From assembly GCF_004010195.1 (NCBI RefSeq), contig NC_057752.1, positions 14,537,355 through 14,558,138 on the forward strand: a stretch of 20,784 nucleotides of DNA. Reading direction: 5' to 3'. Position numbers and translations under genes: made by a program. How positions within the stretch are numbered: position 1 is the first letter of the stretch; each line of letters starts with the position of its first letter. This stretch comes from Chiloscyllium plagiosum (Eukaryota). Positions 1 through 10,139 of this stretch are shown here, piece by piece. The notes below the pieces were generated by a model, which had not been told where the DNA came from, made no database searches, and saw only the letters and a list, made by a program, of their open reading frames with translations.

Positions 1-75
1 TGGAGTACAGTTCTCCTGCTGTTGATGGCCCACAGTGCCTCATGGATGCCCAGTCCTGAGTTGCTAGACCTGTTC
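1..75 (-). mobile_element. LINE family A (CR1/L2 group) fragment, runs off window start
   Basis: Reverse complement matches 3578-3648 (...GATCTAGCAACTCAAGACTGGGCATCCATGAGGCGCTGTGGGCCATCAGCAACAGGAGAACTGTACTCCA) just downstream of the APE domain of family A. Confidence 0.85.
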
Positions 76-733
76 GTTGGGCCAACAAGTTACAGATCTT
101 GGTTGAAAACAATTCTGCTGCTGCTTCTGGCCCACAACAACTCATAGGGCTTTCCCCCAGGGTAGATTCTATTGACAGAAAGTTGTACAGATTCGGGAGA
201 GAAAGAACTTTGTGATCTGTACAGCCAAGCTTTTCCACATTGAGAAGGAGGAGGTGATGCTGTACTGATTGACGTCCATTGGCTTTTCCTTTGGAGGATT
301 GGTGGGATGCTGAGCAAGGAGAGGCCCTCCTGTGGAAGGACCAATACACTGATGCCAAAGCCCCTCTTCAAACATTGTTGTTTGCAAAGCCGGTTTCCCC
401 TGATGGCTGTTAGCTATCTCCAAATCAACAACATCGGGTGTTGGTATCTCCCACGTTTGAGACAGGAAATAGGATGATTGTGAATGTAACTTTGCAAATG
501 ACTGGTGTTGATTGGAACCACACCCATTCTTGTCTAATGTCAAAATGAATTCAAGGTAGTAAAGTCTAACTACGTAATCATAAAAGCATTTGTACTTGTT
601 CCTTTTCAATCCAATGGCATTACGATTGCTTCAATATCAATCCATGACTGCTCTCCTGCCGTTGATATGGCTCTGGTTTGAGACCATTGTCTTGGTGTCC
701 CCAAAAACGAGTTGCCCACCTTGGGAAGCTCAA
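76..733 (+). pseudogene. Decayed L1/Tx1-clade LINE ORF2 C-terminal region
   Basis: Stitching + frames gives RWANKLQIL (cf. YYWAxQLxxL), PSFSTLRRR (cf. FxxWxxxG), DWNHTHSCLMSK/QNEFKVV (cf. W...S.C...LIQFKV) and INP*LLSCR...DHC/WCPQK (cf. terminal CxxC...HxxWxCPK zinc knuckle), in the expected order. Many stops and frameshifts; motif match by eye. Confidence 0.5.
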
Positions 734-734
734 T

Positions 735-957
735 TATTTTTTCATTTGCTAAGTGTCACTGATTGAGCCAGTGCTTATTTCCCCTTGAGAAGGTGGGGGT
801 GAGCTGCCTTCTTGAACCGCTGCAGTCCACGTGCTGTGGGTTGACCCACAATGCCCTGAGGGAGGGAATTCCAGGATTTTGACCCAGCCACACTGAAGGA
901 ATGGCGATATATTTCCAAGTAAGGATGGTGAGGGGCTTGGAGGGGACCTTGAAGGTA
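735..957 (-). mobile_element. LINE family A 3' end
   Basis: CCCCTTGAGAAGGTGGGGGTGAGCTGCC...GGAATTCCAGGATTTTGACCCAGC matches 2670-2830 and is the reverse complement of ~18015-18190; T-rich tail remnant at 735-744. Confidence 0.9.
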
Positions 958-974
958 CTGGTTTTTGATTCACA

Positions 975-1310
975 CTCTATCCACCACCTTCAACATTCAT
1001 TCCCTTCATCACCATGTCATTGTGCATTATCTAGAAGTGCAGCATATTCCCAAGCCTACTTCACTAAGAACTTCCAAACCCACAATCACTGTGGGTTTGT
1101 GGGCGGCACGGTGGCATAGTGGTTAGCACTGCTGCTTCACAGCGCCAGAGACCCGGGTTCAGTTCCCGCCTCAGGCGTTGGGCCGAAGGGCCTGTTTCCA
1201 CACTGTAATCTAATCTAATCTAATCACTGTCATCTAGAAGGACAATGGCAGTAGCTATATGGCCACACCACCCCCTGCAATTTCCCCTCCAAGTTGCATG
1301 TCAATACAGT
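975..1310 (+). mobile_element. LINE family A fragment (region just 5' of the 3' end), split by a mini-SINE
   Basis: CTTCCAAACCCACAATCACTGT|CATCTAGAAGGACAA...CCCCCTGCAATTTCCCCTCCAAG aligns with 17950-18035. Confidence 0.75.
1093..1221 (+). mobile_element. Internally deleted HE1/V-SINE-type tRNA-derived SINE with 9-bp TSD
   Basis: Pol III A box (TGGCATAGTGG) and B box (GGTTCAGTTCC), then directly the LINE-like tail TTGGGCCGAAGGGCCTGTTTCCACACTG(TAATC)n; flanked by AATCACTGT at 1084-1092 and 1222-1230. Confidence 0.9.
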
Positions 1311-1321
1311 CTCTCACCATT

Positions 1322-2090
1322 TCATTTTGCCATTGTGTTTATGTGGTGAGTCCAGTTGAGTTTCTGGTGAGTGGTAGTCCCCAGGATGTTCATAATGAGG
1401 GATTCAATGATGGTAACAGCATTGATTATCAAAGGATGGTGGTTAGATTATCTCTTATTGGAGATGGTCATTGTCTGGCACTTGTGTGGTGCGACTGTTG
1501 CTTATCCCTGTATATTATCCTGGTCTTACTGCATTTGGACACGGACTGCTTCAGTATCTGAAGAGTCGCAAATGGTGCTGAACGTTGTGCGAAGACCTCC
1601 ACTTCTGACCGAATGATGCGGGGAGGGGGGGGGAGAGAGGGGAGGAGGTCATTGATGAAGCAGCTGAAGGTAGTTGGGTCTAGGACACTACCCTAAAGAA
1701 CACCTGCAGAGATGTCCCGGAGATGACTGACCTCCAGCAACCACAATCATCTTCCCCAGTGCCAAGTATGACTCCAACCAGCAGAGAGTTTGCCCTTAAA
1801 TACCCCTTGATTCCAGTTTTGCCAGGGCTCCTTGATGCTGCACTCAGTCAAATGCAGCCTTGATGTCCAGGGCTGTTACTCTCACCTCACCACATGAGTC
1901 TGTAAAGAACTCTTGTGCCCAAGGGCCCTGGTGAAACCCGAACTGCACATCGGTGAGTGGTTTGTCAAAGTACTGCTGATGTCATGCTCTGTGAGTTTGC
2001 TGATGATTGAGAATAAACTCAAAGGGTGGTGGATTGGGTTTGTCCTGATGTTTGTGGACATGGTGTTACCTGGGATATCTCTAGGCAATC
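1322..2090 (-). mobile_element. LINE family A reverse-transcriptase region, decayed
   Basis: Reverse complement aligns with 13200-13720, 8930-9300 and 12170-12390 (ALDIKAAFD, GVxxGSVL, DQKLNWTHH); G-rich expansion at ~1618-1648. Confidence 0.85.
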
Positions 2091-2139
2091 AACATTGTTG
2101 GTAAAGTGGTCAGTTTCTCGCCACTGTCATTGGGAGGGG

Positions 2140-3220
2140 GTGGCTGAATGAACAGCTATGTGGAAAGACTATGCTTGAGCCTCCTCTAATCCTCACTTAT
2201 ATGGGGCAAAGCAGCCATTCCTCTGTTGGTTCTGGATCCAGCTGGATTTATCTACCATCAACCAGCTCCTGAGGTACTCCACCTGGGTTTTATTTGTTGG
2301 AGTGTTGACAATCTTAGAGACCTTCTGTCATTCATGTAATGAGAAGTCTATGGTCCCTTGTACCCAACCTTTAGACCTTCTAATCAGCTTCATATCAGCC
2401 TGGAAAATTACCTTGCTCAGTATCAAAGTTCTAACGTGCTTAACGAAAGGAAGAGAGTGTTAGGAAGGGTTGATGCTTCCTCAGCACAATTCAGGACTCT
2501 TGTACTCAAAATAGCTCCACCTTGTTAACTTCTCTCAATGTCAAGAATTCTTTCTACTGTGTTGAATGGAATACCAACATTATACAATACTCCCATTTAT
2601 TTTCACTCCCATCTGTGGGATGTGGGCGTCACTGGCTGGGCCCAGCATTTATTGCTTGTCCCTAGTTGCCCCCTTGAGAAGGTGGGGGTGAGCTGCCATC
2701 TTGAAACACAGCAGACCATGTTGACCCACAATGCCCTGAGGGAGGGAATTCCAGGATTTTGACCCAGCGACACTGAAGGGACAGTGATATATTTCCAAGT
2801 CAGGATGGTGAGTGACGTGGAGGGGGACTTACAGAGGGTGGTGTTCCCATGTATCTGCTGCTTGTCCTTCTGGATGGAAGTGGTCATTGGTTTGGAAGGT
2901 GCTGTTTGAGGATCTTTAGTGCATCTTGTCACGAAATAGTCTCCAGGAAGGGTTGGAAGTGATGGGATTTCCTGCAAGCTTTATCCAACTGGTCTACCTG
3001 TTGAATGTCAATCTCTGAACCTGGAATACTGAATGATATTTGTCAGTTTTGACTAATCCTGAATTGTGGGGCAATGTCTCCTTTCCATTTCAGGGTGGTT
3101 CAGTCGTTAAAGTGTGAGCTGCTTTTCTCTAGTCTGTATTCCCAAGTGAACAGTAAATTGGTAATGTATTCATACTGAGAAGCTGGAGAATAATTTCTCC
3201 CATCATTGATGTTCATCCAT
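2140..3220 (+). pseudogene. Decayed L1/Tx1-clade ORF2 RT remnant, copy 1 (interrupted at ~2576-2929)
   Basis: LEPPL...DPAGF (cf. GPDGF), LLISFIS, ITLLSIKVL (cf. ISLLNxDxKIL), KGR..VRK, LLTSLNVKNSFYCVEW (cf. SLDAEKAFDRVEW), and after the insertion LEVMGFPASFIQLVYLL (cf. LxxxGFxxxFIxWIxxLY). Confidence 0.75.
2596..2929 (-). mobile_element. LINE family A 3' end inserted in L1 remnant
   Basis: Reverse complement of ~17905-18256 (GGGCAATAAATGCTGGGCCCAGCC end); L1 homology to copy 2 resumes on both sides. Confidence 0.9.
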
Positions 3221-3227
3221 TGGGAAA

Positions 3228-3680
3228 AAAGCACTGAGGGTGGCAAGGTCACAGAATGTACCCTGGGTGGGGGATCTCAATGTCCACCACCAAGAGTGGC
3301 TCAGCAGCAGTATTACTGATCGAGCTGGTGGGGTCCTAAAGGACATAGCTGCTAGACTGGGTCTGCGGCAGGTGGTGGGGGAACCAACAAGAGGGAAAAA
3401 CATACTCAGCCTCATCCTTACCAATCTGCCAGCTGCAGATATATCTATCCGTGATAGTATCGGTAAGAGTGACCACCACACAGTCCTTGTGGAGACAAAG
3501 TCTCACCTTCACATTGAGAATACCCTCCATCGTGTTGTGTGGTTTATCACTGTGCTAAATGGGACAGACTTTATACAGATCTAGCAACTCAAGACTGGGC
3601 ATCCATGAGGCGCTGTGGGCCATCAGCAACAGGAGAACTGTACTCCAGCACAATCTGTAACCTCATGGCCCAGCATATCA
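3228..3680 (+). mobile_element. LINE family A apurinic endonuclease (APE) domain fragment
   Basis: ORF 3240-3584: WVGDLNVHH (GDFN motif), EPTRGKNILSLILT (PTR..xLDL), IGKSDHHTV (SDH motif); frameshifts into CAKWDRLYTDL. Confidence 0.9.
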
Positions 3681-3764
3681 TTGAGAGGCAAAGTCTTCAT
3701 ATTGTCTGTTTTGGGAGTGGGTTCAGGCAGTTTGAGGATTGCGATGTTTGTGTGTAAAGTAGTG

Positions 3765-4320
3765 CAGACCTGTGGAGTTTGCATCTAGTTTAGTCCCCTT
3801 ACTTGAGGAGGAATATTGTTGCATTGGAGGCAGTTCAGAGAAAGTTCACTAGATCGATTCCAGAATTGAGGGTTTTGTGTTATGAAGAGAGCTTGATCAA
3901 TTTCGGCCATTACTCACTAGAGCTGAGGACAATGAGAGGAGACCTAATTGAGGTGTGTAAGATGCTGAAGGGGATTAGCAAAGTAAACGTAGAGAGGATC
4001 TTTCCTCATGTGGGGGGCAATCTAGAACAAGAGGTCACAGTTTTAGGTTAAGGAGTGGCAGATTTAAAACAGAGCTGAGGAGAAATTACTTCTCTCAAAG
4101 GATTGTGAATCTGTGCAATTCACTCCCTTAGAGTGTGGTGAATGCTGGGATATTGAGTAACTTTATGGAGGAGAGAGACAGCTTTTTAATGAATGACAGA
4201 TTGAAGGCTTATGTAGAGCGGGCAGGAAAGTGGAGTTGAGGCCAAGATGAGGTCAGCCACGATCTGTACTCAATGGAAGAGCAGGCTCAAGGGGCTGAAT
4301 GGCCTCCTAGTCATATGTGC
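3765..4320 (+). mobile_element. CR1 (family B) ORF2 C-terminus and 3' end
   Basis: SPYLRRNIVALEAVQRKFTRSIPEL...YSLELRTMRGDLIEVCKMLKG; RRNYFSQRIVNL; 3' end GGGGCTGAATGGCCT. Confidence 0.9.
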
Positions 4321-4409
4321 TTAACCCCTTTATCACCTGCTCAACGATGTCTGGCCTGATCAGCATGTTCCAGACCTCATGACCACCTTGCACAGTCACA
4401 GACTTCATA

Positions 4410-4930
4410 CGATGTACAGCACAGAAACAGACCATTCGGACCAACCACTCGAGCCTCCTTCCATCTTTTCTCATCCAAAACTACCATTGTACGTCTCCAT
4501 CCCCTTCTCCCTCCTTTACCTGTCAAGTTTCTCCTTAAACATTTATGCACTTTGGCCACTACGTGCAGGAGCGAGTCCCACATTCTCCCCACCCTCTGGG
4601 TAAAGATGTCTCTTCTGAATTCCCTGTGGGATTTCTTGGGGACTCTCTTATTGACGGCCTCGACGTCTGCTCTTCCTGAGGCGAGGAAGCACTCTCTCTG
4701 TATCCACTTGGTCAAAATCTCTCATCATATTTCAGACCTGCCCTCACCTCCGCTCAATGTGAGAAAGACCGAGCCTTTCCTGACATGTCAAACCTTCAAA
4801 TTTCTGCATCTGTCCTTGTGCCCTTTCCAGTGCCTCTCTATTTTCTTTCTAATATAGTAACCAGAACTACAAGGCGTATTCTAAAGTGTGGTCTAAGCAA
4901 GGTTCAATACAGGTTCAACAAAACCTCTCT
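4410..4930 (-). mobile_element. CR1 (family B) 3' fragment, decayed
   Basis: Minus ORF has EFRRDIFTQRVGRMWDSL; RPHLEY-like segment at ~4875-4895; terminal GGTCTGTTTCTGTGCTGTA. Confidence 0.8.
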
Positions 4931-4964
4931 AATTCAGGCAAATGAAGGTGGTGCTTTGCTTTGG

Positions 4965-5504
4965 AGGGCTTGGTCTCGCTCCTGTCGGAAGGATGTTGCT
5001 AAACTCAAAAGGGTTCAGACAAGATTTACAAGGATATTGCCAGGGTTGGAGGATTTGAGCTATAGAGAGGGGTTGAACAGGCTGGGGCTGTTTTCCCTGG
5101 AGCGTCAGAGTTTATAAGATTTTATAAACCTTATAGAGGTTTATAAAATCATGACAGGCATGGATAAGGTAAATCGACAAGGTCTTTTCCCTGGGGTGGG
5201 GGAGTCCAGAACTGGAGGGCATAGGTTTAGGGTGAGAGGGGAAAGATCTACAAAGGACCTAAGGGGACAACGTTTTCACACAGAGTGTGGTGAATGTGTG
5301 GAATGGGCTGCCAGAGAAAGTGGTGGAGGCAGGTACAATTACAGCATTTAAAAGACATCTGGATGGGTATATGAATAGGAAGGGTTTAGCAGGATATGGG
5401 CCAAGTGCTGGCAAATGGGACTAGATGAATTTAGGATATCTGGTCGGCCTGAACGAGTTGGACTGAAGGGTTTGTTTCTGTGCTGTACTACACTATGACT
5501 CTAA
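4965..5504 (+). mobile_element. CR1/HER1-like (family B) 3' fragment
   Basis: WSRSCRKDVAKLKRVQTRFTRILPGLEDLSYREGLNRLGLFSLE; SRTGGHRFRVRGER; end GAAGGGTTTGTTTCTGTGCTGTACTACACTATGACTCTA. Confidence 0.92.
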
Positions 5505-5537
5505 GTCTTGCAGAATTGACTTGTTAGCATAATTAAA

Positions 5538-5668
5538 GTCAAAAATCACACTACACCAGGTTATAGTATAACAAGTTTATTTGAAAGTACAAGCTTTTGG
5601 AGCACTGCTCCTTCATTAGGTAGCTTAACTTTGTCCATGCCAGTCCAACACTGGCACCTCCACATCAC
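5538..5668. mobile_element. Penelope-like element terminus (partly inverted) with 12-bp TSD and decayed hammerhead ribozyme
   Basis: Flanked by AGCATAATTAAA at 5526-5537 and 5669-5680; minus strand 5625-5592 reads TAC-CTAATGA-A-GGAGC-AGT-GCTCC-AAAA-GCTT-GTA, a minimal type I hammerhead with two core mutations. Penelope assignment from recalled vertebrate PLE ends. Confidence 0.7.
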
Positions 5669-5871
5669 AGCATAATTAAAATGCAGGCGATGAAGGGGTA
5701 GCACAGATACAAAATTGGATAAGGGACAGAAAACGGAAAGAACTGATTTTGAATTTGGTATTTAGATCCCGACCCATTTTCATGTTTGTTAACAACCGGA
5801 ATCTCTGCAGATGACTCAGACCTCTTTAGCACGACAAAGAATGAGCAGGGTAGTGGGAGAACTTAGACAGG

Positions 5872-5957
5872 GCGAAAGTGAGTACTGCAGATGATGGAGA
5901 TCAGAGTCAAGATTAAAGTGGCGCTGGAAAGGCACAGCAGGTCAGGCAGCATCCGAG
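5872..5957 (-). mobile_element. Short retroelement terminus (probably Penelope-like) with 13-bp TSD
   Basis: Flanked by GAACTTAGACAGG at 5859-5871 and 5958-5970; reverse complement GGATGCTGCCTGACCTGCTGTGCCTTTCCAGC...CTCCATCATCTGCAGT resembles the common chondrichthyan PLE end (recalled, not searched). Confidence 0.65.
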
Positions 5958-6404
5958 GAACTTAGACAGGCTGGCAAAATGGATGGACTTATGCCAAATA
6001 GAAATTAATGCAGAGCAGTGTGAGATGGTACATTTTGGTGCCAAGTATGAGTTGAATGGCAACATTTTAAAAGGGGCACAGGAAGTGGCGGGCTGGGGGA
6101 GGGGAGTGATGCATACAAACCTTTCAACGTAGCAGGACAGGTTCAACAGGCTGTTAAATGAAAGCAGATGGGATCCTTCGTCGTATTAATAGAGACAGAG
6201 TTTAGAAATCATGCCAACTGTTTCTAAACTGTTGGCTAGACCTCAGCTGGTGTGATTGATTCTGGGCACCACACATTAAGGAAGATGCCATGGTGAGAGG
6301 GCACAAGAAGAGGGTTGAGGGGTCCCGGGTCTGTGGAGGGACTGGAGAAGTTGCTCTTCTCAGGGTAGAGAAGGTCAAGGAGAGGTTCAATGGAAACTCT
6401 CAGT

Positions 6405-6490
6405 AAGGACATTGCTGGCAATTGTAGGCAAATTCTTGACCTGATTGGAAGTTGGCTGAGCAGAAAGAGACAGAGAGTAGGGATAATGGG
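6405..6490 (+). mobile_element. Short CR1 RT fragment
   Basis: IVGKFLT*/IGSWLSRKRQRVGIMG (cf. WIxxWLxxRxQRVxING). Confidence 0.6.
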
Positions 6491-6625
6491 CCAGCCCTAG
6501 AGCCGGCACGATGTCGAACATAGGGAGCTGTGTCAGGATCCTGACTATTCCCTGATCTGATTAGTGACCGAGATCAAGTCTCGGATTGCTCCTCGAATCA
6601 CAGACTGGTTCTCACCTGGATTTCG

Positions 6626-7330
6626 AGTCTTAGAGGTATACAGCACAGAAACAAACCCTTCAGCCCAACTTGTCCATGCCAACAGGTTTCCTGAATGAAA
6701 CCAGTCCTGTTTGCCTGTGTTTGGCCCATATCCCTCCATAGCTTTCCTATCCATGTCCACATCTGGATGCCTTTAAAATGTTGTAACTGTACCAGCCTCC
6801 CCACTTCCTCTGTCAGCTCATTCCATACACGTACCACCCTCTGTGTGAATAAAGTGCCTCCTTAGGTCCCTTTTAAATCTTTCCCTTCTCACCTTAAACC
6901 CTCTAGTTTTGGACTCCCCTACCCCAGGGAAAAGGCCTTGGCTATTGACCCTATCCATGCCCCTCAAGATTTTATAAACCTCGATAAGGTCACCCCTCAG
7001 CCTTTTGATGCTCCAGGGAAAGCAGCCCCAGTCCTCTCCTTATAACAAACCCTCCAGTCTCGGTAACATCTTTTTAGCACCCTTTGCAGTTTAATAACAT
7101 CCTTCCCATAGCAGGGCGACCAGATATATACGCAATAATCCAAAAGTGGCCAAACCAATGTCTTGTGCAGCCATAACATGACCTCCCAACTCTTGTACTC
7201 AATGCTCTGACTGATGAAGGCAAGCATACCAAATGCCTTAACCGTCCTGTCTACCTGTGATGCCAGGTTCAAGGTGCTGTGTGCCTACACTCTGAGGTCT
7301 CTCTGTTCAATAACATTCCCACTAACTGTC
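6626..7330 (-). mobile_element. CR1/HER1-like (family B) 3' fragment
   Basis: KAFGMLAFISQSIEYKSWEVMLWLHKTLVWPLLDYCVYIWSPCYGKD; reverse complement of 4965-5504. Confidence 0.92.
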
Positions 7331-7599
7331 AAGTTAACTGGTGAGCCCACTGCAGCATGCACCAGAGTAAAAGGTTGGAGGAGCAGCTTATTTGTTTCCT
7401 AGTCACGGAACCTATTCATGGAAGGTGGCATAACTTTTAACTATGGAAGCCCTATAAATGTATATTTGTCAACCAGTGAAACAGGAGTAGGGCCCATATG
7501 AAATGCCCTAATCCTGTGTGTGGCATTTCAGATCAAAGTTAGTGCGGAGAATGTGCCCCTTATGTGCTCCACAGATTGGGCCCCTCCTCCCCGAACATT

Positions 7600-8580
7600 G
7601 ATGGTGGGACAGAAAGTCACGTGCCTAAATGACACAAAGACGGACAACATTGTAAACCCTAGAGCTGAAGATATTGACAGATAAGAGAATGAGCAAGCCT
7701 GGAAAATGGATTGAAATGGAAGAAAATGTGAGCTGATCTGTTGTAGACCAAAAAGGGTCAAACAGGATCCTCTCGAAAAGCTAGAAACAGTGGAGGAATG
7801 AAAGACCCTTGGAGATCCAGATATCAGAATGGTACTTGGGCTCCAAAAACTAAGAGATGACGAGAGGGTAAACAGACTAGGGTAGTATCCTTTAGGTTTA
7901 GAAGATTAAAGGAAAAGGGCAGCGCAGTGACTCAGTGGTTAGCACTGCAGCCTCACAGCGTAAGGGACCCAGGTTTGATTCCAGTCTGTGTGGAATTTGC
8001 ACATTCTCCCCCGTGTCTGCGTGGGTTTTCTCTCACACTCTAAAAATGTACAGGTTAGGTGGTTTGGCCATGGAAAGTTGTCCATAACATCCAGGACGTG
8101 CAGGCTAGGTGGGTTAGCTATGGGAAATGTGGGGTTAAGGGTAGGGGGATGGGTCTGCATGGGGCGACTTTCGGAGGGTCGACGTGGACTCGATGGGCTG
8201 AATGGCCTGCTCCCATGCTGGAAGGATTCTTCGATTTAACCGAAGCTTTCAAGACACCAGAGGAAACCTAGCATAAATAGAAAGAAACTACTCCTGCTGT
8301 TCAGCTAAATCGAAGATAAGGGGACAGAGTCTGAAAATTAGAGCCCAAGATTTCAGGCATGAAATTGGGCAGCAGTTTGACCGACAAAGTGGCGATCGAA
8401 ATTTGCAAGGTTCCTCTACAAGCAGTGATCGAGGCCAGAGGAATTGTAAACTTTCAAGTGGTGATTGCTGCATTTTTGTCAACTAAGGGGATGAAGGGAA
8501 GTGGGGTTCAGTCACAGATCAGCCTGGATCTTAAAGATTGGCAGGACAGGCTCCCGGGGCTAAATTGGCTCCTGTATCTT
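7600..8580 (+). mobile_element. Old CR1 (family B) remnant, interrupted by SINE at 7918-8230
   Basis: NDTK..IV, DIDR..E*A..WKM...KCEL, then SFRFRRLKG | DLTEAFK across the SINE; 3' end GGGGCTAAATTGGCTCCT. Confidence 0.65.
7918..8230 (+). mobile_element. HE1/V-SINE-type tRNA-derived SINE
   Basis: A box TGACTCAGTGG, B box GGTTTGATTCC, V-domain TGTGTGGAATTTGCACATTCTCCCCGTGTCTGCGTGGGTTT, CR1-like tail GGGCTGAATGGCCTG. Confidence 0.92.
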
Positions 8581-8611
8581 CAACATCTTGAGCAGTTTTT
8601 GAAGCAGTAAC

Positions 8612-8882
8612 CAAGGAGAAACTCTTCCCACTGGTTGAAGGGTGAGGATAACCAGAGGACAAACAGAAAAAGAAAAAGCAGCAAAAAACCCAAAGATGAC
8701 CAAAGCAAATGTTCTTTTTTTCCCTCAGTGCGTTGTTATAATTCAGAAAGAGTGGTGGAACTTACGAAGATGAATTGGATGAATCGTAGAAGGGGTAAGT
8801 TGAAAGAGCATGGGTGTAGACAGCTCTTCCAGATGGCCACAATGGCCTGAGTGGCCATGGTATCACTCTAGGATGCTATGGT
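8612..8882 (+). mobile_element. Decayed CR1 3' end
   Basis: EKLFPLVEG*G*TRG-like segment, FFPQ, end ATGGCCTGAGTGGCC...CTAGGATGCTATG. Confidence 0.5.
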
Positions 8883-8899
8883 CTTGTGAAAGGCAGAAG

Positions 8900-9320
8900 C
8901 TGAGCTCCTGAGGTTAGCTGCGAATGGCCACCTTTGACATCAAGGTAGCGTTGGATGCGCTTGACCATGAGAAACCCAGTAAAGTGGAAGTCAATGGGAA
9001 TCGAGTGAAAGAGTCTCCAGTTACTGGAATTCTACACAAAGCATGTGAAAATGGTTGTGGCGGTTGGAGGTCAGTCATCTCAGCTCCAGGACATCTCTGC
9101 AGGAGTTCCTCAGGGTAGTGTCCTGGGCCCAACCATCTTCAGCTGCTTCAGCAATGACCTTCCCTCCATCATAAGCTCAGAAGTGGAGATGTTCGCCAAA
9201 AATTGCACAATGTTCAGCACCACTTACGACTCCTCAGATACTGAAGCAGTCCGTTTGCAAATGTAACAAGATCTGGACAATATCCAGGTTTGGGCTGACA
9301 AGTGACAAGTAATGTTCATG
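8900..9320 (+). mobile_element. LINE family A RT core fragment
   Basis: FDIKVALD, AGVPQGSVLGPTIFSCFSNDLP, EMFAKNC (degenerate FADD), DLDNIQVWADK. Confidence 0.9.
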
Positions 9321-9339
9321 AATCCTCAGATTATGAAAT

Positions 9340-10130
9340 GGTTCATGTCTGGTTGGCAGAAAACAGAGAGTATGAAAAAATGGGTCTTTGTCTTATTGGC
9401 AGGATGGAATCTCGCGCGCGTCTGCACTAGGGCCTCAATGTTTTCCAAGTGACATCAATGACTGAGACAAGGGTAACCCAAAGACATGTGTCTACATTTG
9501 CACATGACCCAATGGTATGGTATGAACATGACAATAATAAGGATGCTGACCAATATGGATAGGTTAAGTGAAGGGGGCAATAATCTGGCAGATGGAGTAT
9601 AATGCAGGGAAAAATGTGGATTTGTTCATTTCAGCAGGAAGGACAAAGGAGCGAAGAATTAAACAGCAAGCGACAGTGAAAATCTGAGGGGAAGGAGGAA
9701 TTAGGTGTTACATAAAGTTAGTTTGCAGGTACAGAACATAATTGAGAAGGCAAATGGGGTGCTGTCCTTTTATAACAGGAGGAATTGAATATAAAAGTGA
9801 GAATGTTATGCTTCATCTACGCAGGGCATTAGCGAGACCACATCTCAAATACTGTGTGCTGTTTTGGTCTCCTTATTTAAGGAAGGATGGTAGTGTGTTG
9901 GAAGTGGTTCAGAGGAGGTTCACTAGATTGAGACCTGGACCTACTGTGGCTTTGTCTTACGGACAGTTTGGGGTTTGTTTCCACTGGAGTTCAGAAGAGA
10001 GAGAGGTTACTGATTGACATGTCTGGACTTGACACTGTGGACATGGAAAGGATGTTTCTTCTTGTGGGAAACAAGAAACCCATCGAATAATGGAACAGAC
10101 CAGAGGGGCTGAATGGTCTACACTCATTCT
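9340..10130 (+). mobile_element. Decayed CR1 (family B) RT to 3' end
   Basis: WLAENRE, DRLSEGAIIWQMEYNA, GIEYKSENVMLHLRRALARPHLKYCVLFWSPYLRKD, end GAGGGGCTGAATGGTCTAC. Confidence 0.85.
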
Positions 10131-10139
10131 TCATTAGAT

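Larger units (their letters stand above)
5510..6395 (+). mobile_element. Old CR1 (family B) RT region, host to two small insertions
   Basis: IQNWIRDRKRK, SADDS (cf. FADDT), LDRLAKWMDLCQIEINAEQCEMVHFG, GILRRINRDRV, FWAPHIKED. Confidence 0.75.

Noticed and set aside
90..733. Possible viral glycoprotein (signal-like KTILLLLLA, NVT/NHT sequons) or the 146-aa minus ORF 169-609 as a gene
   Set aside because: Needs several frameshifts and stops, no recognisable family; better explained as L1 ORF2 C-terminus with zinc knuckle. A tBLASTx search would settle it.
1100..1172. tRNA genes at SINE heads (also 7918, 11290, 17290, 18985)
   Set aside because: A/B boxes are followed by SINE bodies and LINE-derived tails; no complete cloverleaf evident.
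1618..1648. G-rich tract as regulatory G-quadruplex
   Set aside because: It is a slippage expansion of the GGAGGGAAGG present in other family A copies; no evidence of function.
7330..7600. Unassigned stretch containing TATAAA as a promoter
   Set aside because: Lone TATA-like hexamer between TE fragments with no downstream exon evidence.
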